Below, piece after piece: positions 13,195 to 26,100 of a stretch of DNA of 64,000 bases. The translations under genes and the position numbers were made by a program. A model generated the notes under the pieces. That model was not told the DNA's origin, did no database searches, and saw only the letters and a program-made list of their open reading frames with translations. Each line of letters begins with the position of its first letter. Within the stretch, counting starts at the first letter, position 1. Location: contig OX597829.1 in NCBI GenBank assembly GCA_951406725.2, positions 28,830,001 to 28,894,000 of the forward strand. The letters are read 5' to 3'. The DNA is from Octopus vulgaris (lineage: Eukaryota).

Positions 13195-13595
13195 AGATGT
13201 AGGTGTGGTTGTGTGGTAAGAAGCTTGCTTTCCAACCACATGGTTCTGGGTTCAGTCCCACTGCATGGCACCTTGGGCAAGCGTCTTCTGCCATAGCCTC
13301 GGGCCAACCAAAAACCTTGTGAGTGGTTTTGGTAGACGGAAACTGAAAGAAGCCCATCATATATATGTATATATAAGTATATGCTTGTGTCTCTGTATTT
13401 GTCCCACCACCATCGCTTGACAACTGATGTTGGTGAGTTTACATCCCTGTAACTTAGCAATTTGGCAAAAAGATACCAGTACATTAATTACTAGGCTTAC
13501 AAAGAATAAGTCCTGGGGTCAATTTGTTCAACTAAAGGTGGTGCTCCAGCATGGCCACAGTCAAATGACCGAAACAAGTAAAAGAATAAAAGAAA
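13195..13595 (+). mobile_element. Full-length CORE-type SINE
   Basis: Same head, core and tail as 4228-4626. Confidence 0.9.
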
Positions 13596-13638
13596 ATATG
13601 TATGTTTTTGTAAATATGCATATATGTATATGTATTTA

Positions 13639-14058
13639 TATAAACAACAGTAGCATTGTCCTCTATGGGACTGCCACATTTAGGTCGCAAATATACTTCA
13701 CAATTCTGTGCTGCTACTATTTACTTCTCACTCAGAGATTTAATATTGCTTGTTTCTCCTTTTTTGAGATCAACAACAGTTTGTCACTGGAAAAAGCATA
13801 TAGTATTTTGCGTTTGGAATGAGTTCTTATCACTAGCTGGTGATTATCATGCACTCATGACAGGTTACTAACCAGAAACCTGGGTCTGTGTGTATCATGT
13901 AAGGCTAGAGATGGGAACGATGCTTTCCCTTTGCAAATACTAATCAGGCACAGACAGTGTGTCATTAGCCAGCTAGGGGAGATGTCCTTTTGGGGCTATA
14001 AACAACAGCAGCAGCATCCTCTATGGGACTGCCACATTTAGATGGCAAATATACTTCA
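13639..14058 (+). mobile_element. Retrozyme-like / PLE pLTR-like element: 358-bp unit plus about 60-bp terminal direct repeat, with internal hammerhead
   Basis: 13639-13700 is repeated at 13997-14058; HHR fold at 13848-13892; TA-rich flanks. Confidence 0.7.
13848..13892 (+). ncRNA. Type I hammerhead ribozyme motif (G5C lesion)
   Basis: CAUGCA-CUCAUGA-ca-GGUU-acu-AACC-a-GAAAC-CUGG-GUC-UGUGUG; canonical GUC cleavage triplet and 6-bp stem I. Confidence 0.65.
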
Positions 14059-14116
14059 TGATATTTATATTTATATTTGATATATAATTATATATAATTA
14101 TGTATATATTATGTAA

Positions 14117-14258
<142 letters not shown>

Positions 14259-14337
14259 CTTAGATGAGATCCAGATATTCTCTGTATAGTTCCATTTTTG
14301 AACTTCCCTCCTTTAACATCTCAAATGCAAGATCTCT

Positions 14338-14412
14338 TCCCTGAAGATGGAGGCTCATCTCATCCTATGATGGAATCAATCTACACACAGAGCCCCAGAA
14401 ACAGCTGTTGGA
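14338..14412 (+). ncRNA. Type I hammerhead ribozyme motif with intact core, inside a (TA)n-flanked insert (about 14256-14570)
   Basis: UCC-CUGAAGA-UGG(A)GGCUC...GAGCCCCA-GAAAC-AGCU-GUU-GGA; 8-bp stem II and palindromic stem III ACAGCUGU. Confidence 0.72.
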
Positions 14413-14573
14413 TTTGTAATTCTTTTCTATCACCTTTGTATATCATTTGTACTCTGTGTAAGCCGGACCTTTTTATATGTATACATATATACATTTTTTG
14501 TATATCATGTATTTAATGTACTTTATATATTGATCTGTCTAACCTGCTTATCTCTACATTTACCCTTATATAT

Positions 14574-14769
<196 letters not shown>

Positions 14770-14771
14770 TG

Positions 14772-15108
14772 AAACCCCCTTCGGTAATGACACAGACCAT
14801 GTGATTGCACCTAGAAAGTTACCCTCCCAGGCACAAGTTTGGGCAAGGTTGTTTATGGAAGACCAGCAGTTGCCCATGTATACCGGCCTCCCTTGTCCAT
14901 GCCACCAGTGTTATCCAAGGGAAAGGCAAAGGCCGATACAGCTTGGCACCTGTGATGTCGCAACTCATTTCTACAGATGAGTGAACTGGAGCAACGTGAA
15001 ATATAGTGTCTTGCTCAAGAACACAACATGGAGCCCAGTCCGGGATTCGAACTCACAACTTCATGATCGTAAGCTTGACGCTCTAACCACTGAGCCATGC
15101 ACCTTCAC
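14772..15108 (-). mobile_element. tRNA-derived SINE (Nin/Deu-like core, different 3' tail)
   Basis: Minus strand gcatggctcagtggttagagcg...gttcgaatccc head; core tcttgagcaagacact...gctccagttcactca. Confidence 0.85.
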
Positions 15109-15199
15109 TTATATATAAATTTTAAAATAGTAATTTCCTGAAAGAAGCCTGTCATGTATATATATATATACATGCATGTGTTAATAACAGCTATAAGGA

Positions 15200-15915
15200 G
15201 GTGCTTTTTCCTTTCACCAAAGTGAACGGAGCCTTGACCAGGAGGAACTGATGTCATCAGACAGTATCCAATTTTTATTGGGTGTTTCAGCCCTGATCCA
15301 TAACACCCTCCTCTTGGTGGGTCAGCAGAGGTTGCTTAGTCACAGCTCCTCATTTCCTGGCTTCCAGCTTAACTCTTATCTCTTGCTCCAAAGCCAACTA
15401 CATTTCCCATCCTGCACACAGTCACCCTTCGCTCTTTACCTCTCATTCAAATTGCTGTAAGAATCTTCTATGCCGACTGAGCAGGGAATCCACTACAGTC
15501 ATCCTCAGTTGGGAAAAACCATACCTGCTATCCCTTCTCCCTGCAATCCTGCAGAAGGCTCTTGTATTTGGCACACTTCCATTCACGAGTCTCATCATAC
15601 TCCTTTTCCAACAGGACTCTGAGTTCAATTATGATAATTTTCTTGGCCTTTTCAAACCATTGGACCACATCTGGCCTCAGGGTTGTATGGGCGACCTGGG
15701 GAAACTACAGTTCTCCCATAGGTTCGCTTTGATATCCCATGGTTGAGATCCATGCAGCAAGTTATATATTGGTGTTACTGACTTTTCTGGCTTCTCTTCC
15801 TTGTTTCTGTATTTAATTGTTGCTGTTGCCTTCCCCTGATGATGATGTTTTTTGTGTCTTTCCTGCTCTAGGATGTGAGCAAGTGTTGCAAGCACCCTAT
15901 CATGGCACCATTCAA
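15200..15915 (-). mobile_element. 3' end of an RLE-type non-LTR retrotransposon
   Basis: WCHDRVLATLAHILE, then RPDVV...KIIIIEL..., the PD..E restriction-like endonuclease pattern. Confidence 0.7.
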
Positions 15916-15934
15916 GCGTGATTGTTACCTGCAT

Positions 15935-16172
15935 TGCCTTACTAGCACTTGTGTTTGGGGCATGTGAAAAAACATTCGAGCGAGGTCATTGCCAGTGCCA
16001 CATAAAAAGCACCATTTGAGTGTGGCCATTGCAAGTACCACCTAACTGGCCCTCGTGCCAGTGACATGTAAAAGCACCCACTACACTCTCGGAGTGGTTC
16101 GCCAGACCTCAGTCAAATCGTCCAACCCATGCTAGCATGGAAAGCGGACGTTAAATGATGATGATGATGATA
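15935..16172 (+). mobile_element. Short retroelement with (GAT)n tail and internal aaaagcacc repeats
   Basis: ccaacccatgctagcatggaaagcggacgttaaatgatgatg; related copies at about 12070, 21420, 28830, 36832, 40410, 42180, 43060, 60950 and 61330. Confidence 0.8.
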
Positions 16173-16173
16173 A

Positions 16174-16219
<46 letters not shown>

Positions 16220-16639
16220 CACAATATATATACAGATATAGATATAGATATATAGATACAGATATGTATATATGTTTGTAACATATTTTAACTTCTAAAG
16301 GCAAGTTCACTGCAGGCACCTCTACCTCTTGTCTGACTCACTCCTATTTCCTTTACCTTCCCACCCAAAATTGATATTCAACATTGACCACACCTCCACC
16401 TGTGTTCACCATTCACTACATTCACCTCTACCTCCATCTCGAAAAGTCTGTTGTTCTCCATCCACAATCTCACAAACTTTATCCACCTACTCTTTCCAAT
16501 TCCCTGTTCCTGTTCTCTCATATGTTCACCTTCTTATACTTTGAGTTTATGTCCTGATATCTCATTACCACCAACTCTTTTCTATCTTTCCAGTTAGGGT
16601 ATGCTGAATAGTAAAATGTTCTGAAAGTATGTGCATTTG

Positions 16640-18380
16640 AAACAGAGGCCTTACTCTCCACTTGGCCCACTCTGCTAACCCCACACATGTCAAATTACTA
16701 ATGATCCTAAAGAGTATTAAGAACTTTATTGCCAAAAGTTATGCTGGCATTTTTACAGTTGAAAATCCAAATTTAGAATCTGCATTGCTACTGACACCAA
16801 ATTCCATAACATCTGTTCAATTTACTCTTATAATGGTACGATGCTACATCAAGCATATGCACAACTATGCCTCCCCTGGTCTATACAAGGATTTCAAAAT
16901 ATTCAACAAACACAAAAAGATTGCCATTTTATAGTTCAGTTTGAATGGTAGCCATGATTGAAAAATGCACCAAATCATAACATCATATATTAATTCAGAA
17001 AAGCTTGAGTTTTCTTATGAATGCAATAATAGCCTGTTTGCAAGATATAAGATTACAGTTTTCTCCTTCTGTTTTGTTTAACAAATTAAACTTTTTCAAA
17101 TACACCTGGCAGGTAAAATATATTACCCATAACAGCAGCAACAACAAACTGTTCAGCAAGCTGCTTACTTTTCAGAAATGACAAAACTGTCTCCAAATGC
17201 AACAAAGCTACAAAGACAATTAGCTTTTGATAAACTTAACACCTCTGTCTGCATCAGTAGCTATTCAGACTGTCGTTTTTGCCACAAACATTGCAAGTTA
17301 AAAAAAAGACAGTCTTGAAATGCATTTAATTTGATAATGTTGGCAGTTTTTATTACAATGGCTAGGGGTATCTGGCAGATGCTGTCCCAATTTTTCTGCT
17401 TCTAAATTTTGATGCTGGACCATACGGTGTATGCAAAAAAAAATCCTAATTTTTTTTTTTCAAAAGGTAATACCGTCCACTGCATAAACCATTATATTTC
17501 AAAGTAGAATATTGTTTTTTTTTAAATAAATCTCAAATTCTTTAACAATCATTCCATGTCTTGGTATCCATTGTCTCTCTTCAGGTGAAAAACATTTCCT
17601 CTTGAGTTGATAGATATTCCAAAACAAAACATGCATAATTAGTTGTTTATTATCATTAAAAGTTGTTTCATCCATTTGTAGGGGTAAACAGGTTTTATTT
17701 TGAAGCTGTCCAAAAACTGATCAGTTGTTGTAAGAGATGACCTTTGGTTAATTAATGTGTGCCATGCCTCATGACAATTGAAAAGACAACATATTCCACA
17801 CTCAAAATGTGGCTTCATTATGTGGCTTCAAAGCTTTTGAAATTGTTTTGGTAATCTCAAGGGATTTAAATAAACTGTTGTATACTATGGATAATCCTTT
17901 GCTAAACAACTGATTCAATGTTTATATAGCTTAGAAATCATCACTCAGTTTCTTTATTTTGTTAAAAGAACTCTTGTGATTTTCCCTTGTTGGTATCATG
18001 CCTTGAACAATACCAAAAGGTATTAACCCTTAAGTCAAATGTAATGCTTTATGTATTCATATTGTTTTGAATTAATTATGTATTATCTTGTAGCTTTGAG
18101 ATTTTGTTAGAGTGATTGTCTGTCTTTAGAAAAACATTGTAGGTCAGATGTGAGAAGCCAGATTTGTCCAGTTTGAGCATAAAACTGCTGGGATATTTGG
18201 GCCAGATTTGGCTGGTTTAAACACCAGAGAGTTAAATTGTTTTCCAAATGGTTTTATACCTTTTATGGTAACATTCTGTTATTTGAAAGTTCTGTCATAC
18301 ATATAAGTCAAATTGACTTTGGAATGTTCTCTGGCAACAGAATAAAATTGTGGAATATAACCTAAATTTTTTTCCTTTGA
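16640..18380 (-). pseudogene. Decayed hAT (Buster/SPIN-like) transposase
   Basis: Minus-strand remnants CMTELSNNRMLP*KV*NHLE (BED finger), LLMQTEVLSLSKANCL (cf. HTEVRWLSKG) and IFYL...FNLLNK.EGENCNLISCKQAIIAFIRKL. Confidence 0.75.
18023..18235. mobile_element. TTAA-flanked MITE (piggyBac-like), nested in the hAT relic
   Basis: ttaaccct...agagttaa ends; same family as 42605-42825 and 58517-58744. Confidence 0.7.
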
Positions 18381-18742
18381 CATACAAAACTGAGTAATCT
18401 GATATAAAAATACAATAATTAACATCACTAATCTTTGAATAATTAATGATATAGCATTAATTATGATAATGAGATTATTTTAGTAAGTAGTCAGTACACA
18501 CTGTAAAGGATTTGGCAAATGAGGTAAGAAAACATGGGGCTATGAGGTCCATTTAATACTGTCTCATGATGTATGAAGGGCTTGTTGATTGCAAGGGCAT
18601 CAATCCATAGAGAACAAAGCCAAACAACAATTAGAAGCACCATTTTTCATGGGAATAGGGTGGCTGTGATGTCCCGTTCAACATATGTCAGTATGGAAAG
18701 CAAATGTAAAGTGAATGATGTTGATGATGATATTGATGGTGG

Positions 18743-18800
<58 letters not shown>

Positions 18801-19480
18801 GGAGGAGGAGGAGGAGGATGATGATGATGATGAGGAGGAGGAGGAGGAGGAGGAGGATAGTGATGATGACGATGATTAATCATTAACAAAGAACAAAAAA
18901 TAAATTCAGAAATTCTGTGTCAAATGTAAAAAGCTTAATTTATAAATTTGTGTATGTGTGTGTGAGGGGTGGTGGTGTATATGCATGTGTGTAAGTATGT
19001 GCAAGTTTGTGCATGTGTGAGTGTGATGTGTGTGTATGCATGTGTGTTTGTGTGTCTGTGTGTGCAATAATGTTGATAATCTGCATCTTCAAGTGTTACT
19101 ATCGAGCAAAAGCAGTGATGTAGTGGTTACATTCCCAGCTAATATGTCCCATTGCTCTGTGGATTTGAAAAGCAATGGATATTTTAAAAAATTCCATTAC
19201 TTGATAACAGTCAAAATTTGGGGTCAAAGAAGAACATCTGGCTATAAAATGCTGCCTCAGATATGTCTTTGTCCCAACCTCTGCTAGCATAGAAAAACAG
19301 ATCATCCTTTTCATTAACAACTCACCTGAAATCACCTTTTGTTCTGTGTCACAAAGTAAGCTAAATTTAAACTTACCATCAAAAATTTATGTTAATTTAT
19401 GTTCCAAATATCAACTTACTTATGACGAAGTTATTTTAATAAATTCTTCATTGTTTTCAAAATTTATTGAAACAAAGAAT

Positions 19481-19903
19481 AGGCACAGGAGTGGCTGTGT
19501 GGTAAGTAGCTTGTTTACCAACCACATGGTTCCGGGTTCAGTCCCACTGCGTGGCACCTTGGGCAAGTGTCTTCTACTATAGCCTCAGGCCAACCAAAGC
19601 CTTGTGAGGGGATTTGGTAGATGGAAACTGAAAGAAGCCTGTCGAATATATGTATATATATATGTGTGTGTGTGTGTGTTTGTGTGTCTGTGTTTGTACC
19701 CCTAGTATAGCTTGACAACCGATGCTGGTGTGTTTATGTCCCCGTAACTTACCGGTTTGGTAAAGGAGACCGATAGAATAAGTACTGGGCTTACAAAAGA
19801 GTAAGTCCCGGGATCGAGTTGCTCGATTAAAGGCGGTGCTCCAACATAGCCACAGTCAAATGACTGAAACAAGTAAAAGAGTAAAAGAGAATAAAGAGTA
19901 AAG
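19481..19903 (+). mobile_element. Full-length CORE-type SINE
   Basis: Family head, core and tail. Confidence 0.9.
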
Positions 19904-20000
19904 AATGTATTTCAGCAGAAATACTGTAAATTTTAAGGATTTGGTAAAATAATAACCCTTTTCATCAGCTTAATATACCTATTAATGAAAAGAAAATTTT

Positions 20001-20366
20001 TTAAACTCTTCTGGTATGATACCACCCTTACGTTCTGAGTTCAAATTCCGCCGAGGTTGACTTTGCCTTTCATCCTTTCGGGGTCGATAAAGAAAGCACC
20101 AGTTACGCACTGGGGTTGATGTAATGAACTTAATCCGTTTGTCTGGCCATGTTTGTCCCCTCTGTGTTTAGCCCCTTGTGGGTAGTATAGAAATAGGTAT
20201 ATTAAGCTGATGTCTGGAACATGGCTTAACAAAGTAATTCCTGCTTGAAATTATGAAGAGAAAGGTTTTTAATTTAAATATGAAGATATTAAAATAGAAA
20301 TATTTTTTATGAAAAAGTCACAGGAGGGTGGCTGAAGAGAGGTTGGTATCATACCAGAAGGGTTAA
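20001..20366. mobile_element. TTAA MITE with about 25-bp TIRs, interrupted by a 5'-truncated Meta-like SINE (20027-20200)
   Basis: ttaaactcttctggtatgatacca...tggtatcataccagaagggttaa. Confidence 0.75.
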
Positions 20367-20738
20367 AACAATTTTTGGGGGTAATTAAAAAAAAAAGTTA
20401 ATTCCTCCTACAACAAACAATGACTTTATTTTTGGTCTATTTATTTCTTTGACTATCAATTGAGCCTGCATCTTTAAAGCTTTCCAATTCTTAATTGGTT
20501 TCTCTTCAGATGTGAATTATCCTCAAGAATCTCAAAAATATCATCTAATTAAATCTTGTCTAAAACCAGACCTCTGTGATTCTTATAAGAATGGTTTTTC
20601 TTGTTAACATAGAAAATAAAAAATATAAATTGTTTAAAAAATATATAAGAAATATAAATACAAAAATATAAATATATTTAAAAATATAAAGTTTTGAAAA
20701 TATAAATGGTTTAAAATATGATACAAATATAATATATG

Positions 20739-20769
<31 letters not shown>

Positions 20770-21303
20770 ACACACACACAGATATAATATATGTATATAT
20801 ATATAATATAAATATAAATATATTTAAAAAAACGATATTTTAAAAATAAGTGTAATATATATATAAAAATATAAATACAAAAATATAAATATATTTAAGA
20901 ATGTAAAAGGTTTAGAAATATAAATTGTTTAAAAATATGAATGCAATATACAAATACAAAAAATTTAAATATAATATTTAAAATCATAAATAGTTTAAAA
21001 ATATGAACTGTTTAAAAAATATATTTGTAAACAAAATGTGATAATTTGACTTTTTTATATTCTCGTTTTTCAAATTTTCTTTTCTTTGCATTTTCTTTAT
21101 GAATGCCATGACTCGTTCCTCAAAAATATGAAAAAAAAAAAAGAACGAAAGAAAAATGTAAGATTATTATTTGTAATAAAAAAGAAAACATTTCAAATTC
21201 TTATATTTTAAAATAATTTAATTGCTTTCAAATATTATGTGATTCACTGCTTTATCTAGCACCATGTGCTACGCAGTGGTGAATGTGTGGAAGGCATCTG
21301 TGT

Positions 21304-21369
<66 letters not shown>

Positions 21370-21986
21370 ACACACACGCACACACATTTGTATGCATGTA
21401 TATGTGTAGGTGTATGCATAAATCATCATCTCCATCGAATGTCCATTTTTCCATGCTGGCATGGGTGGGACAAAGTTTATTGAGGCAAATTTTCCCATCA
21501 TGTTGCCAATATACACCTGTTTCCAAGCAACATAATATTTTCCTCATGACCAGACATGATTTTCATGGAGGACTGAAAATATATGACACTGCTTGTATGA
21601 TGGTGACACTCATTTACAACTATCACACAATGTCAACAGTGAGAGACATAAACATACACAGATACACTCACATATACATACATACATGCATACATACATA
21701 CATACACACATACATACATACATACATACTTACATACAAACATACATACATACATACACAGATACACTCACATATACATACATACATGCATACATACATG
21801 CATGCATACATACATACTTACATGCATACATACATACATACATACATGCATACATACATGCATACATACATACATTCCTACATACATACATACATACATA
21901 CATACATGCATGCATACATGCATACATACATGCATACATACATACATGTACACATGCATACATGCATACATACATACATACATACA

Positions 21987-22636
21987 TGATGGCTGCCCCC
22001 TCGTTATCGAGTATGGCCATGGCACGAAGCTTAACTGTTATTGATGCTGTGATCGAATGTGACTTTTAATTGCTTTTTGAGGCTACAGCCAGCCATTCAG
22101 TTGAGACTCACAGCACCATCAATAATCATGAACAATGTTGTTATCGTGCAATGCCTGTGCAAGAAGATTTTTTTTAAAGTGAGGAAAGGCTGTGCACAGA
22201 GTCAATCCCACTCACTAAGCAACAGCAGCCATAATCCAAAAAGAAGAAAAAGTCAACATCATCGGTAACCACTGAGCCGCAGGTTTTATGTCGGACTTAT
22301 CCCATTTACCTGAGTTACCTTCTCCTAGAAGGATGCCCTAACAAAGGCTAGGAGTCCTTCACTCCCAATGGTTTAACTGCGTGATCAGGTATTCAGTCCG
22401 ATTATTTCTATGTCCCCGCGCATGATACAGCCTTAAGACATTTATTGGATGGCCGTTGACTCTCAAGAGTTCCTCCTCCCTTTGACGGGTTTTGTTTTTC
22501 ATCCCGCAGGGTGTCCAATAAACACCCTCCTCACCAAGCAAGCTTGGTGGGGTTGCCGGTTTAGTCGCCGACGACCCGACCATGCAACAGGTTGTACTGT
22601 GTTACATGTTACCAGTAGCACTCAAAAGTGACCTGA
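21987..22636 (-). mobile_element. About 650-bp non-autonomous retroelement inserted in (CATA)n
   Basis: Closely similar to 54367-54998 in opposite orientation; RTE-like 5'UTR motif accttctcctag...aaggct; no long ORF. Confidence 0.8.
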
Positions 22637-22759
22637 CACATACATACATACATACATACATGCATACATACATACATACATACATACATACATACATACA
22701 TACATACATACATACATACATACATACATACATACATACATACATACATGCATACATAA

Positions 22760-24358
22760 ATTAAACACAAAGGGTGAATGTATTATTACCAATAGGTTAC
22801 AGAATCGCAAAGGCATATTCCAAGGAGACAGCTTCTCTGTGATGTTGTTTATACTTTCTGTAAATCCCTTGTCTTTCATGTTAAGGAAGTCTGAAGGATA
22901 TCTCACTGGTTCAAAAGGAAACAGAAATACCAAAATTACACAATGTTTCTTTGTGGATGACTTAAAACTTTACGTAAAGAATATGTATGAAATGAAAAAG
23001 AGCCTTGACCTAGTTACAACATTCTCAAAGGATGTAAGTTAGGAGTTTGGTCAGGATAAATGTTGCTTTTTGGTAGTGAAAAGAGGGAAAACTGTAAACC
23101 AGACTAGTAACATCTCCTTTAATGATTTGACTGTTTCCCTCTTTATCTGATGAGGAATGTTACAGGTATATAGGGGTGGATGAAAATATATCTTAATGTG
23201 GCACCTGTAACAAAACACATGTCACTAAAGAATATTACAACTGAATAAAGAAAATTTGAACCTCAGAACTCTCTGCATTCAATAAAACAGTGGCCCAGAA
23301 TGTGTTTGCAATGCCAGTATTAATACCAACATTTGGGCTGCTTGATTGGATGCTTGATGAAATCTGAGCCATTAATAAAAAACCTGAAAATACTAACAAG
23401 CACATATAATTTCCACATAAACAGTGATGTAGACTGCCTTTAGCTAAAATGAAAACAAGGCAGAAGAGGCTTAACATCAATCCAAAATGCCTTTGAATGT
23501 CATATCATATCCCTTCAGCAACATCTTTTAACCACCTAGTGTCGAAGTGCATGCCTTGACCAAGTTTGCATACATGAGGCTGATAACATTATAAGACTTG
23601 GAAGGTAGCTTCTTGAGCAACACTCTTTGTTTGATAACCTAGAATACATGCTCAAAGAAGTCACATGACTCTTCCGCAATGTGTATCATCAGCTGAAAGG
23701 ATGAACCTATATGGGCAGAAGACTATGCATGGATATGTTACTAGAAAGCTCCATGATGATAGTAACATTGATCATCAAAGCAGTTTATCATGGACCAATA
23801 GCCAGATTACTACTTCCCACCTTGAAGGGTATGTGTTTGCAATTCAGGAACAGGAAATATCAATCAAACACCTAATGCACAAAAGAGAAAAGCAGTAAAA
23901 TGTGAAAACTGATGCAGACTTTGTGGAATTCACACTGAAGGTATCACCCACATCATAAGCAGTTGTCTGAAAATGTCATCATGGTATTATCTACTGATGA
24001 GACATGATGTTGTAGCTAGGACCCTCTATAAGGAAATCTGTCAGAAGGATAACCCCGAGGACAAAGAAATAAGAACCCACAGTATGGTTGAAGCCATAGC
24101 CACTCGTAATAAAAAGGAGTACAGGTGGAATGTCCTAGTGAAGACCTCAATAAAATGTAAGCACAACAGAACTGATATAATGATTTGGGATAGAGAAGAG
24201 AAACTGTGCACAGTTGTAGAAATTAGCTGCCCAGTGGATGTTAACATAAAGCTGAAGATCAGTGAAAAAGAGAACACCTATGCTGAACTATTGAGAAATC
24301 TGCAGTTACTCTATCAAGATTACAAGTTCAGGTTTATCCCTGCAACTATTGGGGCCTC
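22760..24358 (+). mobile_element. R4/Dong-like RLE non-LTR retrotransposon, 5'-truncated
   Basis: GIFQGDSFS...FFVDDLKLY (RT); CRLCG...HIISSC...RHDVV (CCHC); RTDIMIWD...VEISCP...EKENTY (RLE); starts in (CATA)n. Confidence 0.9.
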
Positions 24359-24858
24359 AGTCTTTTGAGATGCAAAAGGCATTGTGTTTATGACTATCTT
24401 CAAAAGGGCCACACCATCAATGGAGAGTACTTTGCCAACTTGCTGAGGCAGTTACAAAAGCTTATCAAGGTCAAATGCCCAGGAAAACTGACAAGAGGAG
24501 TCTTGTTTCATCAGGACACTGTTCCAGCACACAAGTCCTTGTTTTCAATGGCTGCTGTGTATGACTGAGGCTTTGAACTGGTTGATCTCTATTCTCCTGA
24601 TTTAGCCCCATCTGACTATCATTTGTTCCCCAACATGAAAAAACATCTGTCTGGGAAGCAGTATCGCAGTGATGATGACATCATGCCTGCTGTTGATACT
24701 TTTTGACCAACAGAATGAAAGTTTCTTCAGCAATGGGATCCAAGCACTGTATCACTGACGGAAGGAGTGCATGCACTGCAAGGTGGACTTTCTTGAAAAA
24801 CAAACCACATTCCATGACTGTCTTAGTCAGCCTGTGAACTTTTCAGCCAACCTTTGTA
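24355..24858 (+). mobile_element. mariner transposase C-terminal half plus right TIR
   Basis: DAKGIV..DYLQKG.TING.Y, VLFHQDTVPAH, YSPDLAPSDYHLFP; TIR gaacttttcagccaacctttg followed by TA. Confidence 0.9.
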
Positions 24859-24938
24859 TATGTGTGTGTTTGTATGTGTTTGCGTGCCCCCATGTGTGTG
24901 TGAATGAGTATATATATATATGTGTGTGTGTGTGTGTG

Positions 24939-24974
<36 letters not shown>

Positions 24975-25162
24975 AGGAGAATTCACAAAAAAAAACAAAA
25001 GACAAAGACAGGTGGTGTAGACAACAAACAGATGTATTAGTTTAATGCTCGGGAAGTGAGGAAGTCTTTAATGTTTCGAGCCTATGCTCTTCCACAGAAA
25101 GGAACAAAGAGAGAAACAAGGAGAGAAAATAAAGAATGTGTAGTGGCTAGCGATCTATCATG

Positions 25163-25165
<3 letters not shown>
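24975..25165 (-). mobile_element. Family D PLE-like element with hammerhead variant (CUGUGGA)
   Basis: Minus strand CUUU-CUGUGGA-A-GAGC-auag-GCUC-GAAAC-AUU-AAAG at 25066-25101; (TA)n on both sides. Confidence 0.72.
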
Positions 25166-25199
<34 letters not shown>

Positions 25200-25202
<3 letters not shown>

Positions 25203-25495
25203 TCTTGACCTAATGGCCCTTAATGTTTGTCTTTGTCACTTGTTTACTCTGTCATTGTTTGTTCATTTGAAGCTCTAACTCTCCAGAGATTTTATGTTTT
25301 TAAAATTTCTGGATGCTGCTGTTTTATGAAGTTTTCCTATCTTGTCGTTGAAAGCTCAAAATAGGGAGTAATTAACAGTTGACAACTGAGGAGGGGTTAG
25401 ACTTCTTTTGGTATTTTGTTTTGTACTTGTCTCTCATTATGTGTTTACATAATTTTCACTCGTTGGTCATGTCTAGCACTTGATGTATTTTTTGT
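25200..25495 (+). mobile_element. Old non-coding repeat homologous to 63600-63905
   Basis: Shared blocks cctaatgg.cct..atgtt and ctc.aaat..gagta...acaactg.gga.ggg; (TA)n flanks. Confidence 0.55.
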
Positions 25496-25506
25496 ATATA
25501 TATATG

Positions 25507-25545
<39 letters not shown>

Positions 25546-25592
25546 TACAAAATTAGAGAATGGAGAAACATACTTAAATCAGTAAAACATCA

Positions 25593-25630
<38 letters not shown>

Positions 25631-25749
25631 ATACTTATTTATATATTTATATATGTACATATGTGTGAGTATATATGTATGTGTGCGTGTGTGTGAATAA
25701 GAACACACACACACACACATGCATACATATATGTATGTATGTATGCATG

Positions 25750-26100
25750 TATTAGTTAATATTTCCACTAATTTTGATTTAAAAAAATTTATTTTGCTAG
25801 AGCAAGGATTGAAATTTGACATTGGTTTAACAGTGAGGACTTACGAAATAAAAAATAATTTAAAAGAGGCAAGTTTGGCAAACAATCAAAAGAATTGGCA
25901 ACAGCTCAGATGAGGAAAAGATGAGTGAGGTGGTCTGGTAAATAAGTGTAAGTATAGATATGCTTCAGTAATTATCTGCTCTGTATGGTTGCCAAAGTTG
26001 ATCAAAAGTGAAGTAGAGAGAGGTGTATTTTTCAGACCTTGAAAACATCTTCTAGTCTTTCTTATCAATAGAAAAGTATAAGATGTAAACATCATGTTTT
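25750..26100 (+). mobile_element. Penelope-like RT N-terminal remnant
   Basis: VLVNIS...ILLEQGLKF resembles PLE VVNLS...LL.KGLNF; frameshifted. Confidence 0.5.

Noticed and set aside
18490-18680. miR-2-like (CAUCACAGCC, minus) and miR-8-like (UAAUACUGUC, plus) seeds, and a signal-peptide-like minus-strand ORF (MVLLIVVWLCSLWIDALA...)
   Set aside because: No adequate precursor hairpin for either seed; the ORF is about 50 codons with no other support.
20510-20607. Possible plus-strand exons (also 38346-38373, 43633-43760, 53031-53117 and from 61713)
   Set aside because: Short open frames with plausible acceptors but no recognisable protein or consistent gene model.
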